Shown in pieces: positions 43,551 to 52,815 of a stretch of 64,000 bases of DNA. Location: assembly GCA_965215195.1 (NCBI GenBank), contig CBDCDC010000002.1:4177693-4241692 (forward strand), in the 5' to 3' direction. The stretch comes from Candidatus Latescibacterota bacterium. Lineage in GTDB: Bacteria > Latescibacterota > UBA2968 > UBA8231. Numbering within the stretch: the first letter of the stretch is position 1; every line of letters begins with the position of its first letter. The position numbers and the translations under genes are program-made. Below the pieces are notes generated by a model. That model was given only the letters and a program-made list of their open reading frames with translations, was not told where the DNA came from and did not search any database.

Positions 43551-44585
43551 ATGATTCGACACAAGCTTAGCATCTCGACGATCCTGCTGGCGCTGGTTTT
43601 CGCCTCGGCTGCGGCCTTTGCCGATGGCTATGATCGCGCCGGTACGGCCGCGGCCCCGGAACTGCTGATTCCGGTTGGCGCACGCGACATGGCCTTGGGC
43701 GGTGCCTCAATCGCCACCAGTTCCGGTCTGGAAGCCCTACACTGGAACCCGGCAGGTCTGTCCAAGTCCGAATCCAACGCGGGCATCATGTTCTCGACGA
43801 TGTCCTATCTGGCGGATACCCGCATCAACTATCTGGCCACCGGTGCCAACTTCAAGAACCTCGGCTCGCTGGCCCTCAACATCAAGGCCCTAGATTTCGG
43901 CGAAATCCCGGTGACAACCGAGGCCAATCCCGACGGCACCGGCGCGACCTATTCGCCGACCTTTTTCACCTTGGGCCTGACCTTCGCACGGGAACTGACC
44001 GATCGCATCGCCGTCGGGATTACCAGCCATTATGTCGTCAACCGCATCCAGCGCGTCGAGGCCACTGCGACCTCGCTGAGTGCCGGTCTGCAATACGCCA
44101 ATCTGGGCGGAATTGCCGGCTTGGACTTGGGGGTGGCGCTCAAGCACATCGGTACGCAGATGCAGTTTGAAGGGTCCGGCCTGTTGCGCCGCGGTCAGAT
44201 CGACGGGTTGCGCCGCGGCCCCTCTGATTACAATGTACAGGCTAGCGCGGCCGACCTGCCCTCGACGTTTGAACTCGGTTTGAGCTACCGCTACACGCCC
44301 GCTGGTCTGGGCGCGGTCAACTTGTCCTCGGTCTTCCGGCACAACAACTTCGCCTACGACCAGTACCGGTTGGGCGCTGAGTATCTGTTGAGCGATTTCT
44401 TCGCCGTGCGCGCTGGCTTCGACTACGCGCCCAACTCGACCGACGACTACATCTACGGCACCAGCTTCGGCTTTGGTATGAATCTGGAGGCCGGGACGCT
44501 CGAGGATTTGCGCGTTGATTACGCCTACACTACGGTCGACTATTTCGACGCGCTCAATACTTTCACCTTTCAGTTCGGTTTTTGA
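43551..44585 (+). CDS. PorV/PorQ-family outer-membrane beta-barrel protein
   Basis: AAPELLIPVGARDMALGGASIATSSGLEALHWNPAGL matches the PorV-family N-terminal signature. Ends in the barrel-type TFTFQFGF. Confidence 0.7.
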   Translation: MIRHKLSISTILLALVFASAAAFADGYDRAGTAAAPELLIPVGARDMALGGASIATSSGLEALHWNPAGLSKSESNAGIMFSTMSYLADTRINYLATGANFKNLGSLALNIKALDFGEIPVTTEANPDGTGATYSPTFFTLGLTFARELTDRIAVGITSHYVVNRIQRVEATATSLSAGLQYANLGGIAGLDLGVALKHIGTQMQFEGSGLLRRGQIDGLRRGPSDYNVQASAADLPSTFELGLSYRYTPAGLGAVNLSSVFRHNNFAYDQYRLGAEYLLSDFFAVRAGFDYAPNSTDDYIYGTSFGFGMNLEAGTLEDLRVDYAYTTVDYFDALNTFTFQFGF

Positions 44586-44590
44586 AATTA

Positions 44591-44608
44591 GTGGTTAGTG
44601 GTCCGTTT
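44591..44608 (+). repeat. Stop-proximal heptad-like motif, copy 3 (GTGGTTAGTGGTCCGTTT)
   Basis: Begins 5 nt after the PorV-like stop. AGTGGTTAGTGG can pair with the downstream CCACTGCCACT. Confidence 0.5.
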
Positions 44609-44672
44609 CCCACTGCCACTCCGCGGGGATGGGTTGGGGCTGGCCACTGGCGGTCTCCAAAGGAGATTTTTT

Positions 44673-45677
44673 ATGAGGTTTGCAGGTTGGCTAGCGGTGC
44701 TCGTCGCCGTCGCCGGATTGGGATGTCAGAGTTCGACCATGACCGCGGCCAAGCTCTATATCAAGCAAGAGCAGCCGCAAAAGGCCAAAGAACAACTCGC
44801 CCTAGTCTTGCAGACCGAGCCAGAGAATTTCGAGGCTCACTTGCTCATGGGCCAGCTTTTAGGGGACGAGGGCCGCTATGGCGAAATGGCCGATCACTTG
44901 GCGCATGCCGAGCGCGAGCCCAAGTTTCAGAGCGAGGTTGAGCAAACGCGCCGCCAGTTTTGGACGCACGAGTACAATGCCGGCGTCTTCCATGCCCAAG
45001 GCGAGGTGCCGAATTACGTCATGGCGCGGCATTCGTTTCACAACGCTACCCTCATCGACGAGAGTGCGCTCGACGCTTGGCGCAACCTCGCGTACGTCTA
45101 TTACCAGATCGACAGCACGGATGCGGCCATTGCCACCTACCAGAAGATCGCGTCGGCCGATCCAGAAGACGAGCGCACCTTTTTCAGCTTGGGGTCGCTT
45201 TACTTGGGAAAAGGCGACCTTGATGCGGCCATCCGCGCCTTGTCGCAGGTGGTCAAGATCAATCCGGCAAACCTCAATGGCCTGACCAATCTCGCCATCG
45301 CCCAAGTCCAAGCCGAGGATTACGAGAGTGCCGAGGCCAATTATCGCAAGGTCATTGAGCTAAACCCCGATGATTTCAAGCCCTACTTCAACTTGGGCAA
45401 CCTCTACTGGCAGCAGGAAAAATATACCGCGGCTCAGCGGGCCTATGAGCAGGCCCTCCAGCTCGAACCCGACGACGGGGACGTGCGCTACAACCTCGCC
45501 ATGGTCCACTTGGCCACCGAGGACATGGATGGCGCGTTGCCGCTCTTGGAACAGCTCGCCGAACAAACGCCAGACAATGCGTTGGTGTGGATGCACTTGG
45601 GCACGGTTTACGCCCACAAGGACTTGGTTGCAGAGAGCGAGGCGGCGTTTGCGCGGGCCGAGGAACTAGAGGAGTAA
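44673..45677 (+). CDS. TPR-repeat lipoprotein
   Basis: MRFAGWLAVLVAVAGLGCQ lipobox; about six TPR units. SD AAAGGAG. Confidence 0.8.
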   Translation: MRFAGWLAVLVAVAGLGCQSSTMTAAKLYIKQEQPQKAKEQLALVLQTEPENFEAHLLMGQLLGDEGRYGEMADHLAHAEREPKFQSEVEQTRRQFWTHEYNAGVFHAQGEVPNYVMARHSFHNATLIDESALDAWRNLAYVYYQIDSTDAAIATYQKIASADPEDERTFFSLGSLYLGKGDLDAAIRALSQVVKINPANLNGLTNLAIAQVQAEDYESAEANYRKVIELNPDDFKPYFNLGNLYWQQEKYTAAQRAYEQALQLEPDDGDVRYNLAMVHLATEDMDGALPLLEQLAEQTPDNALVWMHLGTVYAHKDLVAESEAAFARAEELEE

Positions 45678-45699
45678 AGCGCCGGCGCTGTAACCCACC

Positions 45700-46995
45700 A
45701 TGCTGCAGTACACCATCCAGCGCATTCTGCTCGCCATCCCGACCCTCCTCGGCATCACCCTACTGACCTTTCTGATTATGCGTTTGGCACCCGGCGACCC
45801 GGTCGATCTGTTCTTGGGCGGGGCCGCCGCTGGCGAGGGGATCTCCACCGATCACCAAGCGGATATGGAGAAGACGCGCCGGGATTTGCGCCGCCAACTC
45901 GGGCTGGACCAACCGCTGCACATCCAGTATTTGCACTGGCTTTCCAACTTGGTCTTGCGCGTAGAAGACCTAGGCGCATTCGACCGCGGGGCCTTGTTGG
46001 CCGACGCCGTGCTCGACGAGCTACCAGACGCGGCGCGGGCCGAGCTGGCCGCGCTCGAAGGCGCGGAGCGCAAGGCACGCTTCTTGGAGCACTTTCGCGG
46101 CTGGCGTCCCGGGCGCGTCGACGAGCTAGTTGAGTCGCCTTTCTGGCAGAGCCGCCTGTTCTCGCCAGTCAAAAACTACGCGTATGCCGGGTCTGGCTTG
46201 GAGCTGGTGCAGGCGGGGGACTGGCGTTTGGTGACGCTGAATCTGGGGCGTTCCTTCAAAGACCAAGAGCCGGTCATCGACCACATCCTCGACCGGCTGC
46301 CCATCACGCTGGAAATCAACCTCATCAGCCTCGTCTTTGCCTATCTAGTCGGCGTACCGCTGGGCATCGTGATCGCAGTCAAGCAAAATACCGCTATCGA
46401 CCGCTTGGCTACCATCGGAACCTTCATGCTGTGGTCGATGCCTTCGTTTTGGGTCGGCATGCTGTTGATCTTGTTTTTCTGCAACAAGGAATTCTTCCAC
46501 TGGTTTCCGGCCTCTGGGATCCAATCCATAGAAGCTGGGGAAGACTGGGGGTTCTGGCGGCTGCTGACCGACCACGCCCACCACATGGTGTTGCCGGTAC
46601 TGGCTTCGACCTACTCCAGCTTCGCCGGCATCTCGCGCTATATGCGCACCAGCATGCTGGAGAATTTGCGGCTGGACTACGTGCGCACCGCTCAAGCCAA
46701 GGGGTTGCGCTACCGCGTCGTGGTGCTGCGCCACGTGCTGCGCAACTCCCTGATTCCCATTGTGACGCTACTGGCCGGGCTTTTGCCGGGGATGATCGCG
46801 GGTTCGGTGTTTATCGAGACGATCTTCACCATTCCGGGCATGGGCTTTTTGGCTTTCCAGTCGGTCATCGCGCGCGACTATCCGGTGGCCATGGCGCTCT
46901 TCACGGTTGGCGCGGCCCTGTCGCTGGCGGGGATCTTGGTGGCGGATATTCTGCTCAAGGTGGCGGATCCGCGCATCGACTTTGCGAGTATGTAG
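45700..46995 (+). CDS. ABC transporter permease (DppB/OppB-like) with an enlarged first periplasmic loop
   Basis: N-terminus MLQYTIQRILLAIPTLLGITLLTFLIMRLAPGDP and the EAA-loop region DYVRTAQAKGL. About 100 extra residues sit after TM1 compared with typical family members. Confidence 0.85.
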   Translation: MLQYTIQRILLAIPTLLGITLLTFLIMRLAPGDPVDLFLGGAAAGEGISTDHQADMEKTRRDLRRQLGLDQPLHIQYLHWLSNLVLRVEDLGAFDRGALLADAVLDELPDAARAELAALEGAERKARFLEHFRGWRPGRVDELVESPFWQSRLFSPVKNYAYAGSGLELVQAGDWRLVTLNLGRSFKDQEPVIDHILDRLPITLEINLISLVFAYLVGVPLGIVIAVKQNTAIDRLATIGTFMLWSMPSFWVGMLLILFFCNKEFFHWFPASGIQSIEAGEDWGFWRLLTDHAHHMVLPVLASTYSSFAGISRYMRTSMLENLRLDYVRTAQAKGLRYRVVVLRHVLRNSLIPIVTLLAGLLPGMIAGSVFIETIFTIPGMGFLAFQSVIARDYPVAMALFTVGAALSLAGILVADILLKVADPRIDFASM

Positions 46996-46996
46996 C

Positions 46997-48040
46997 ATGA
47001 ACGCGAAGGCCGTTGCGCAAGGGCAATCCTACGGGCGGATCGTCTGGAGGCAGTTCAAGAAAAACAAACCCGCTCTGCTCAGTCTCTTGGGCATCGTCTT
47101 GCTGGGAATTGTGGCCTTAAGTGCCGACTTACTGGCCGGCGACAAGCCTTACTATATGAAGTACAAGGGCGAGACCTACTTTCCGGCCTTCCGCCAGTAC
47201 GCAGTCTATCTGGGGGTAATGGACTGGCCGGCCGAATTGAAGCGCCGCCGCAACTTCAAAAAGCTCAAGACAGATGAGGCCATCTTCCCGCCGGTGCCTT
47301 ATGCCCCAGGCGAAATCCGCTTGCGGGAGAAGTACCAGCCCCCCGGGGCCGAGCACTATCTGGGCACGGACCGCTTGGGCCGCGACGTGCTCTCGGGATT
47401 GATTCACGGCACGCGCTACGCCTTGACCATCGGCCTAGTGGCCGTGGGCATATCGCTGGTCATTGGCTTGGTCTTAGGGGCGTTGGCTGGCTACTTTGGA
47501 GGCTGGATCGACTTGGCGCTCTCGCGCCTTTTCGAGCTGTGGGCCGCGATTCCCAGCTTCTTCCTGATCCTGACGGCCGCGGCGTTTTTCCCGCCGAACC
47601 TGTTCTTCGTCATGATCATTATCGGCCTTACGAGTTGGGTCGGTATCGCCCGCTTGACGCGCTCGCAGTTTTTGCAGGTGCGCAGCTACGATTACGTGGC
47701 CGCCGCTCGCAGCCTCGGGTACTCAAACGGGCGGATCATGTTCCGCCACATTTTGCCCAACGCCATCGGACCGATCCTGATCCCGGCGGCCTTCGGAGTC
47801 GCGGGTGCCATACTCGCCGAGTCGGGACTGAGCTTTTTGGGGGTGGGAGTGCCGGCAGAAGTGATCACTTGGGGTGCCCTGCTGGCTGGGGCGCGCAGCA
47901 ATGCGGCGGCGTGGTGGCTGGTGGTCGTGCCGGGCGTGGCCATTTTTGCGACCGTGACCCTGTACAACCTGCTGGGCGACGGCCTGCGCGACGCGCTGGA
48001 CCCGAAGCTGCGCGGATCAGGCGCGGAGGAAAGCGGGTAG
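46997..48040 (+). CDS. ABC transporter permease (DppC/OppC-like)
   Basis: HYLGTDRLGRDVLS motif and the EAA-loop DYVAAARSLGYS. ATG lies 1 nt after the preceding stop. Confidence 0.85.
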   Translation: MNAKAVAQGQSYGRIVWRQFKKNKPALLSLLGIVLLGIVALSADLLAGDKPYYMKYKGETYFPAFRQYAVYLGVMDWPAELKRRRNFKKLKTDEAIFPPVPYAPGEIRLREKYQPPGAEHYLGTDRLGRDVLSGLIHGTRYALTIGLVAVGISLVIGLVLGALAGYFGGWIDLALSRLFELWAAIPSFFLILTAAAFFPPNLFFVMIIIGLTSWVGIARLTRSQFLQVRSYDYVAAARSLGYSNGRIMFRHILPNAIGPILIPAAFGVAGAILAESGLSFLGVGVPAEVITWGALLAGARSNAAAWWLVVVPGVAIFATVTLYNLLGDGLRDALDPKLRGSGAEESG

Positions 48041-49288
48041 GGACTCGTTGGCTACGATCTGGTCGAGGGTCTGTCGCTGGCGCAGCAGATGGAGCTCGCC
48101 GTCTGTGCCGAGCAGCACTTCGCATGCTTCCGGGAAGGAATTGTAGTTTTTGGCTGCCATGCCAGCGCAATAGGCCCCGCTGCCGCCGATAAAGACCGCG
48201 TCGCCGATGCGCGGCTCGGTGAGTACGCGGGGTCCCAGCTCTTCGGGGTTGCCGGGTACTGGCGTGAGAATATCCCCGCTTTCACAGCAATGGCCGGCGA
48301 TTAGGTACTCGCCTTGGCCGCGCGCCTCTGGTGTGGCCGGGACCACGACGATGGGGTGTTGCGCCCCGTACAGGCTGGGACGCAGCACTTCAGTCATTCC
48401 GCTATCGACCTTGATGAAGGAATAGCCCTGCCGGCCGGTATCGACTACGTCGACGACGCAGCACACGATGGCACCGGCGTTGCCCACCAAGAAGGTCCCA
48501 GGTTCGATTTCGAGATGCAGTTTGCGGCCGTGCTCGCGGGCGAAGCGGTTGAATTCGTCGGCCACAGGTTGGCCAGCTTTGTGCAAGTCGGTCGATGCTT
48601 CGCCCGCCATGCGCCCCACCCTGAAACCGCCGCCCATACTCACGCGCCGGACCTCGGGCAGCTTGGCGGCCACGCCCAGCGTCAGCCGGGCGCAGTGCTG
48701 CCACACTTCTGGGTCGCTGCCCGAGCCGATATGGCTGTGCAAGCCGGTGATGTGGAGGTCGCAGGTAGCGGCCGTTGCGAGCACTTGGTCGAGATGCTCG
48801 TGCCAGATGCCGAAGCTCGCCGAAGGGCCGCCCGTGTTGGTGCGATTGCTGTGTCCCGAGCCTAGGCCTGGGTTGACGCGCACCGAGACCTCGCGGCCCG
48901 CAAAGAGCCGGCCGTAGGTTTCGAGCTGGTGCAGGGAGCAGGCGTTAAAGAGGACGCCTTGGCGCACTAGGTCTGCTAAATTGTCGGGTAGTTGTTGGGC
49001 CGTGAGCTGAATCTGGGCCGCGGGGACGCCAGCGCGCATGGCCCGCAGCGCTTCGTACCCACTACTGGCGTCGATGTGCAGGCCAGCGCGGTTGAGAATG
49101 CGGATCACGCCGGCGGCCGGGCAGGCTTTCACAGCGTAGCGAACCGTCAGGCCGTGTGCATTGGGGAAGGCAAGAGCCTTTTGGGCTTGGGATTCCAACG
49201 CCTTTTGATCATAGACAAAAGTGGGCGTCCCAAACTGGCGCTGGACGGTGCGAACTTGCTCTTCAGACAGGAGTGAAAGCCGTTCCAT
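48017..49288 (-). CDS. lysA: PLP-dependent Orn/DAP/Arg-type decarboxylase, probably diaminopimelate decarboxylase
   Basis: GTPTFVYD start, PLP-lysine context YAVKACP, and the C-terminal CESGD motif (GHCCESGDIL). Confidence 0.7.
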   Translation of the reverse strand: MERLSLLSEEQVRTVQRQFGTPTFVYDQKALESQAQKALAFPNAHGLTVRYAVKACPAAGVIRILNRAGLHIDASSGYEALRAMRAGVPAAQIQLTAQQLPDNLADLVRQGVLFNACSLHQLETYGRLFAGREVSVRVNPGLGSGHSNRTNTGGPSASFGIWHEHLDQVLATAATCDLHITGLHSHIGSGSDPEVWQHCARLTLGVAAKLPEVRRVSMGGGFRVGRMAGEASTDLHKAGQPVADEFNRFAREHGRKLHLEIEPGTFLVGNAGAIVCCVVDVVDTGRQGYSFIKVDSGMTEVLRPSLYGAQHPIVVVPATPEARGQGEYLIAGHCCESGDILTPVPGNPEELGPRVLTEPRIGDAVFIGGSGAYCAGMAAKNYNSFPEACEVLLGTDGELHLLRQRQTLDQIVANESLPAFLRA

Positions 49289-49380
49289 TAAATGACCCTA
49301 ACTTGATATTTTTCAATAGAATCCATAGGTTATGAAAACTCTTTAGTATCGCTGCTACATCCCATTTTGTCAAGCTCCCT

Positions 49381-51204
49381 ATGGCCACCCACATCCTCGG
49401 CATTTCCGCGTTCTACCACGATAGCGCGGCCTGTTTGGTGCGCGACGGAGAGATCGTCGCGGCTGCGCAGGAGGAGCGATTCACGCGCGTTAAACACGAT
49501 CCAGATTTTCCCGCTCGCGCCGTCGCCTACTGTCTGCGAGAAGGCGGTATTGAGGCCAAAGACCTGCACTGCGTGGGGTTTTACGACAAACCCCTGCTGA
49601 CCTTTGAACGCCTGCTAGAGACTCATCTGGGCACGGTGCCGTTGGGCCTCCGCCTCTACTGGAAGAGCATGAAGGTCTGGCTGGAAAAGAAGCTGTGGAT
49701 CCCGCAGTTAATCCAAGAGCAGCTAGGCTGCGATGTACCGGTGCTGTTCGGCGACCACCACGAGTCGCACGCCGCGTCGGCCTTCTATCCGTCGCCGTAT
49801 CGAGAAGCGGCAATCGCAACCTTAGACGGGGTTGGCGAGTGGACCACGACCAGCTATGGCTACGGCCGAGATGCCGAAATTCACACGCTGGCCGACCTCA
49901 AGTTTCCCCACTCGCTCGGTTTGTTCTATTCGGCCTTTACCTATTTTGCGGGCTTCAAGGTCAACTCCGGCGAGTACAAGCTGATGGGGCTGGCCCCTTA
50001 CGGCGAGCCAAAATACGTCGATCTAATGCTCGAAGAGATAATCGACCTCAAGGACGACGGCTCCTTCAAGCTCAACACTCGTTATTTCAACTACTTATCC
50101 GGCCTGACGATGACCAGTCGGGCAATGGACAAGCTCTTCGGGGGAGGGCCGCGGCGGCCGGAGACGCCGCTGACCCAGCGCGAAATGGATATCGCGCGCT
50201 CCTGTCAGGTCGTCACCGAGGAAGTCATGTTGCGCATTGCCCGCACGGTCCACAGAGAAACCAAGATCAAAAACTTGTGCATGGCCGGTGGCGTGGCACT
50301 CAATTGCGTCGGCAATGGCCGCATCTTGCGCGAGGGCCCCTTTGAAAACATCTGGATCCAGCCGGCTGCGGGCGATGCCGGCGGGGCCTTGGGCGTGGCG
50401 CTGGCGCTGTGGTATAACCACTTGGGCCACGAGCGGGTGGCAGACGGCGCAAACGACGCGATGCGGGCGTCGCTGTTAGGGCCTGAATACGGAGACGAAG
50501 AAATCCACCAGTGCATTGAGCAGCAGGCGGGGGTGGCGCAAAAGATCGCCGCGGACGAGTTGCCGGTGCGCGTGGCCGAGCTTTTGGCTGCGGGCAAAGT
50601 CGTGGGCTTTTTTCAGGGGCGGATGGAATTTGGGCCGCGTGCGCTCGGTGCCCGCTCAATTCTCGGCGACCCGCGCTCAGCCGAGATGCAGTCGCTGATG
50701 AACCGCAAGATCAAGTTCCGCGAGAGCTTCCGCCCCTTTGCCCCGACGGTCCTGCGCGAATGCGTACGCGAGTTCTTTGAGCTGGATGCCGACTCGCCTT
50801 ACATGCTGCAAGTGGCTCCACTTAAAGCGGAACGGCAGATTCCCATGAGCGAGGGCCAGCAGCGGCTGTTCGGCATTGACAAGCTAAACGTGCCGCGCTC
50901 GGATATTCCGGCCGTCACCCACGTGGACTACTCGGCGCGGGTGCAGACGCTGCGCCGGCGAGATCACCCTCGCTACTACGACGTGATTCGCGCCTTTCAG
51001 AGCCTGACCGGATATCCAGTGGTGGTCAACACGTCCTTCAACGTGCGCGGCGAACCCATCGTCCAAAGCCCAGAAGACGCCTATCGCTGCTTCATGCGGA
51101 CCGAGATGGATTTTTTGGTCCTAGGCTCTTATGTCTTGGACAAGAGGGACCAACCGCAGTGGCAGGAGGAACGGGATTGGCAAGAGGAGTTTGAGCTTGA
51201 CTGA
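49381..51204 (+). CDS. Carbamoyltransferase (NodU/CmcH family)
   Basis: ILGISAFYHDSAACLVRDGEIVAAAQEERFTRVKHD N-terminus; 607 aa. Confidence 0.85.
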   Translation: MATHILGISAFYHDSAACLVRDGEIVAAAQEERFTRVKHDPDFPARAVAYCLREGGIEAKDLHCVGFYDKPLLTFERLLETHLGTVPLGLRLYWKSMKVWLEKKLWIPQLIQEQLGCDVPVLFGDHHESHAASAFYPSPYREAAIATLDGVGEWTTTSYGYGRDAEIHTLADLKFPHSLGLFYSAFTYFAGFKVNSGEYKLMGLAPYGEPKYVDLMLEEIIDLKDDGSFKLNTRYFNYLSGLTMTSRAMDKLFGGGPRRPETPLTQREMDIARSCQVVTEEVMLRIARTVHRETKIKNLCMAGGVALNCVGNGRILREGPFENIWIQPAAGDAGGALGVALALWYNHLGHERVADGANDAMRASLLGPEYGDEEIHQCIEQQAGVAQKIAADELPVRVAELLAAGKVVGFFQGRMEFGPRALGARSILGDPRSAEMQSLMNRKIKFRESFRPFAPTVLRECVREFFELDADSPYMLQVAPLKAERQIPMSEGQQRLFGIDKLNVPRSDIPAVTHVDYSARVQTLRRRDHPRYYDVIRAFQSLTGYPVVVNTSFNVRGEPIVQSPEDAYRCFMRTEMDFLVLGSYVLDKRDQPQWQEERDWQEEFELD

Positions 51205-51622
51205 GGCCAAGACCTACTGGGGGGTTGCAACTCCCACGCGCGGCGATTTGCGCCGATTTGGACTCGTGCTGGCGGCGTTGCTGGCCTTGCTAGGCGGCTA
51301 TCTGTGGTATGTGGAAGCTGTCGGCTTCGCCCAGCTTGTACACGCGGCCTCGTTGGTATTGCTCGGGGTCGGATTGGTGCTGCCCATTGCGCTGACGCCG
51401 ATCTACTTTCCCTATATGTGGCTGGCCAGAATCGTGGCCTTTGTCAATATCCACCTGCTTTTAGGGCTGGTTTTCTACACACTTTTTACCCTGATCGGGC
51501 TTGGCATGCGCCTTTTGGGACGCGATCCGCTCGACCGCAAAATCGCTCCCGACGCGGAGAGTTACTGGCAGCGTCGGGCCTCTTCTCTGTTTCCCCGCGA
51601 CCACTATCGCAAGCGGTTCTGA
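51191..51622 (+). CDS. Small membrane protein, SxtJ-like; start uncertain (TTG at 51191 or 51197)
   Basis: Overlaps the end of the carbamoyltransferase gene, which is the usual position of SxtJ-family genes. Three hydrophobic helices. No ATG lies before the helices. Confidence 0.45.
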   Translation: MSLTEAKTYWGVATPTRGDLRRFGLVLAALLALLGGYLWYVEAVGFAQLVHAASLVLLGVGLVLPIALTPIYFPYMWLARIVAFVNIHLLLGLVFYTLFTLIGLGMRLLGRDPLDRKIAPDAESYWQRRASSLFPRDHYRKRF

Positions 51623-51690
51623 GCCTTGCTCTTGTTTTGGGCAGCCGTTATATTTACACCGCTTGGGAGGCCCCTTAAAAACGGCCTCAA

Positions 51691-52179
51691 ATGGAATCTA
51701 CGGAAGAACTTAGCTCATTTGCCGCAGACGGTCGTTGGATGCGCGAGGCCCTGCGCGAGGCCGAGCGAGCTGGCCGTCGTGGCGAGGTGCCCGTCGGTGC
51801 TGTCGTCGTCGGGGGCGGGCGGGTTTTGGGCCGGGCCGGCAACGCCATTGAAGCGACGCAGGATCCCACGGCTCACGCGGAGATGCTGGCTTTGCGCCAA
51901 GCTGCGGCGGCACTGGGGACGCGGCGTCTGTTGGCGACGACGCTCTACGCCACCTTGGAACCTTGCGCCATGTGCGCTGGGGCCGCAGTCTTGGCCCGGG
52001 TGCCGCGGCTGGTCTTTGGGGCCGCGGATCCCAAATCCGGTGCTTGCGGTTCGTTGCGCAATGTTGCGGAGGATCCTCGGCTCAATCATCGCTGTAAGGT
52101 CCGCGGCGGGGTGCTAGAGCGAGAATGTGCCGAGTTGCTCAAGGGTTTTTTTGCGGCCCTGCGAGCGGCCAAAAATTGA
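51691..52179 (+). CDS. tadA: tRNA-specific adenosine deaminase
   Basis: CDA zinc motifs HAEMLAL and PCAMCAGA. Confidence 0.9.
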   Translation: MESTEELSSFAADGRWMREALREAERAGRRGEVPVGAVVVGGGRVLGRAGNAIEATQDPTAHAEMLALRQAAAALGTRRLLATTLYATLEPCAMCAGAAVLARVPRLVFGAADPKSGACGSLRNVAEDPRLNHRCKVRGGVLERECAELLKGFFAALRAAKN

Positions 52180-52269
<90 letters not shown>

Positions 52270-52275
52270 TTTTGT

Positions 52276-52366
52276 GGAGAGATGGCCGAGTGGTCGAAGG
52301 TGCACGACTGGAAATCGTGTGTAGGGCAACCCCCTACCGAGGGTTCGAATCCCTCTCTCTCCGCCA
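52276..52366 (+). tRNA. tRNA-Ser (anticodon GGA)
   Basis: Acceptor GGAGAGA/TCTCTCC, anticodon loop CTGGAAA, long variable arm, T-loop GGTTCGAATCC, encoded CCA. Confidence 0.9.
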
Positions 52367-52380
52367 TTATTGATCCGGAT

Positions 52381-52456
52381 GGGGCAGTAGCTCAGCTGGG
52401 AGAGCGCCAGGTTCGCAATCTGGAGGTCGTGGGTTCGATCCCCATCTGCTCCACCA
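52381..52456 (+). tRNA. tRNA-Ala (anticodon CGC)
   Basis: Acceptor GGGGCAG/CTGCTCC with the G3:U70 Ala identity pair, anticodon loop TTCGCAA, encoded CCA. Confidence 0.9.
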
Positions 52457-52474
52457 TTTTTTCCGGATACTCGC

Positions 52475-52483
52475 TGGTAAAAT
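52475..52483 (+). promoter_or_regulatory. Extended -10 promoter candidate (TGGTAAAAT) for the SRP RNA
   Basis: TGn-TAAAAT lies about 10 nt upstream of the first base of the SRP RNA terminal helix. No clear -35 element. Confidence 0.4.
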
Positions 52484-52493
52484 GCAGTGTTTT

Positions 52494-52766
52494 AGGTCGT
52501 GCTAGATGGGGAGATAGCGGTGCCCTGTACCCGCAATCCGCTATAGCGGGATTGAATTCCCATCGAGAGGCTTTCGCACCTCTTGTTCGACCGGAGCAAA
52601 GTGGCGCTGAAGACCGGATTCTGCGCAATCAAGAGCTTCTGAACCCCGTCAGGACCGGAAGGTAGCAGCGGTAGGAATGTCTCTTGGTGTGCCGTAGAGC
52701 TGTCCGGTTGGAGCTAACTGGCACTGGGCAGACCTGAGGACGGGGTCGAAGATGGGTGCACGGCCT
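52494..52766 (+). ncRNA. ffs: Signal recognition particle RNA, large Bacillus-type (with Alu domain)
   Basis: Near-colinear match, from memory, to B. subtilis scRNA. Shared segments: GGTCGTGCTAG..GGGGAG.TAGCGGTGCCCTGTACC.GCAATCCGCT.TAGC; domain IV GTCAGGACCGGAAGGTAGCAGC; GAGCTAACTG; 3' GGTGCACGG closing helix. A U-tract follows. Confidence 0.9.
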
Positions 52767-52815
52767 TCTAATTTTTTGTTTACTCCCTTCATCTTAGCTG
52801 TGTCGAGCAACGCAA

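Noticed and set aside
49289-49380. Looked for a lysine riboswitch upstream of the lysA-like gene and a SAM riboswitch upstream of metK (63105-63123).
   Set aside because: The intergenic spaces are about 90 nt and 19 nt. Both are too short for those aptamers, and no conserved riboswitch core sequences were seen.
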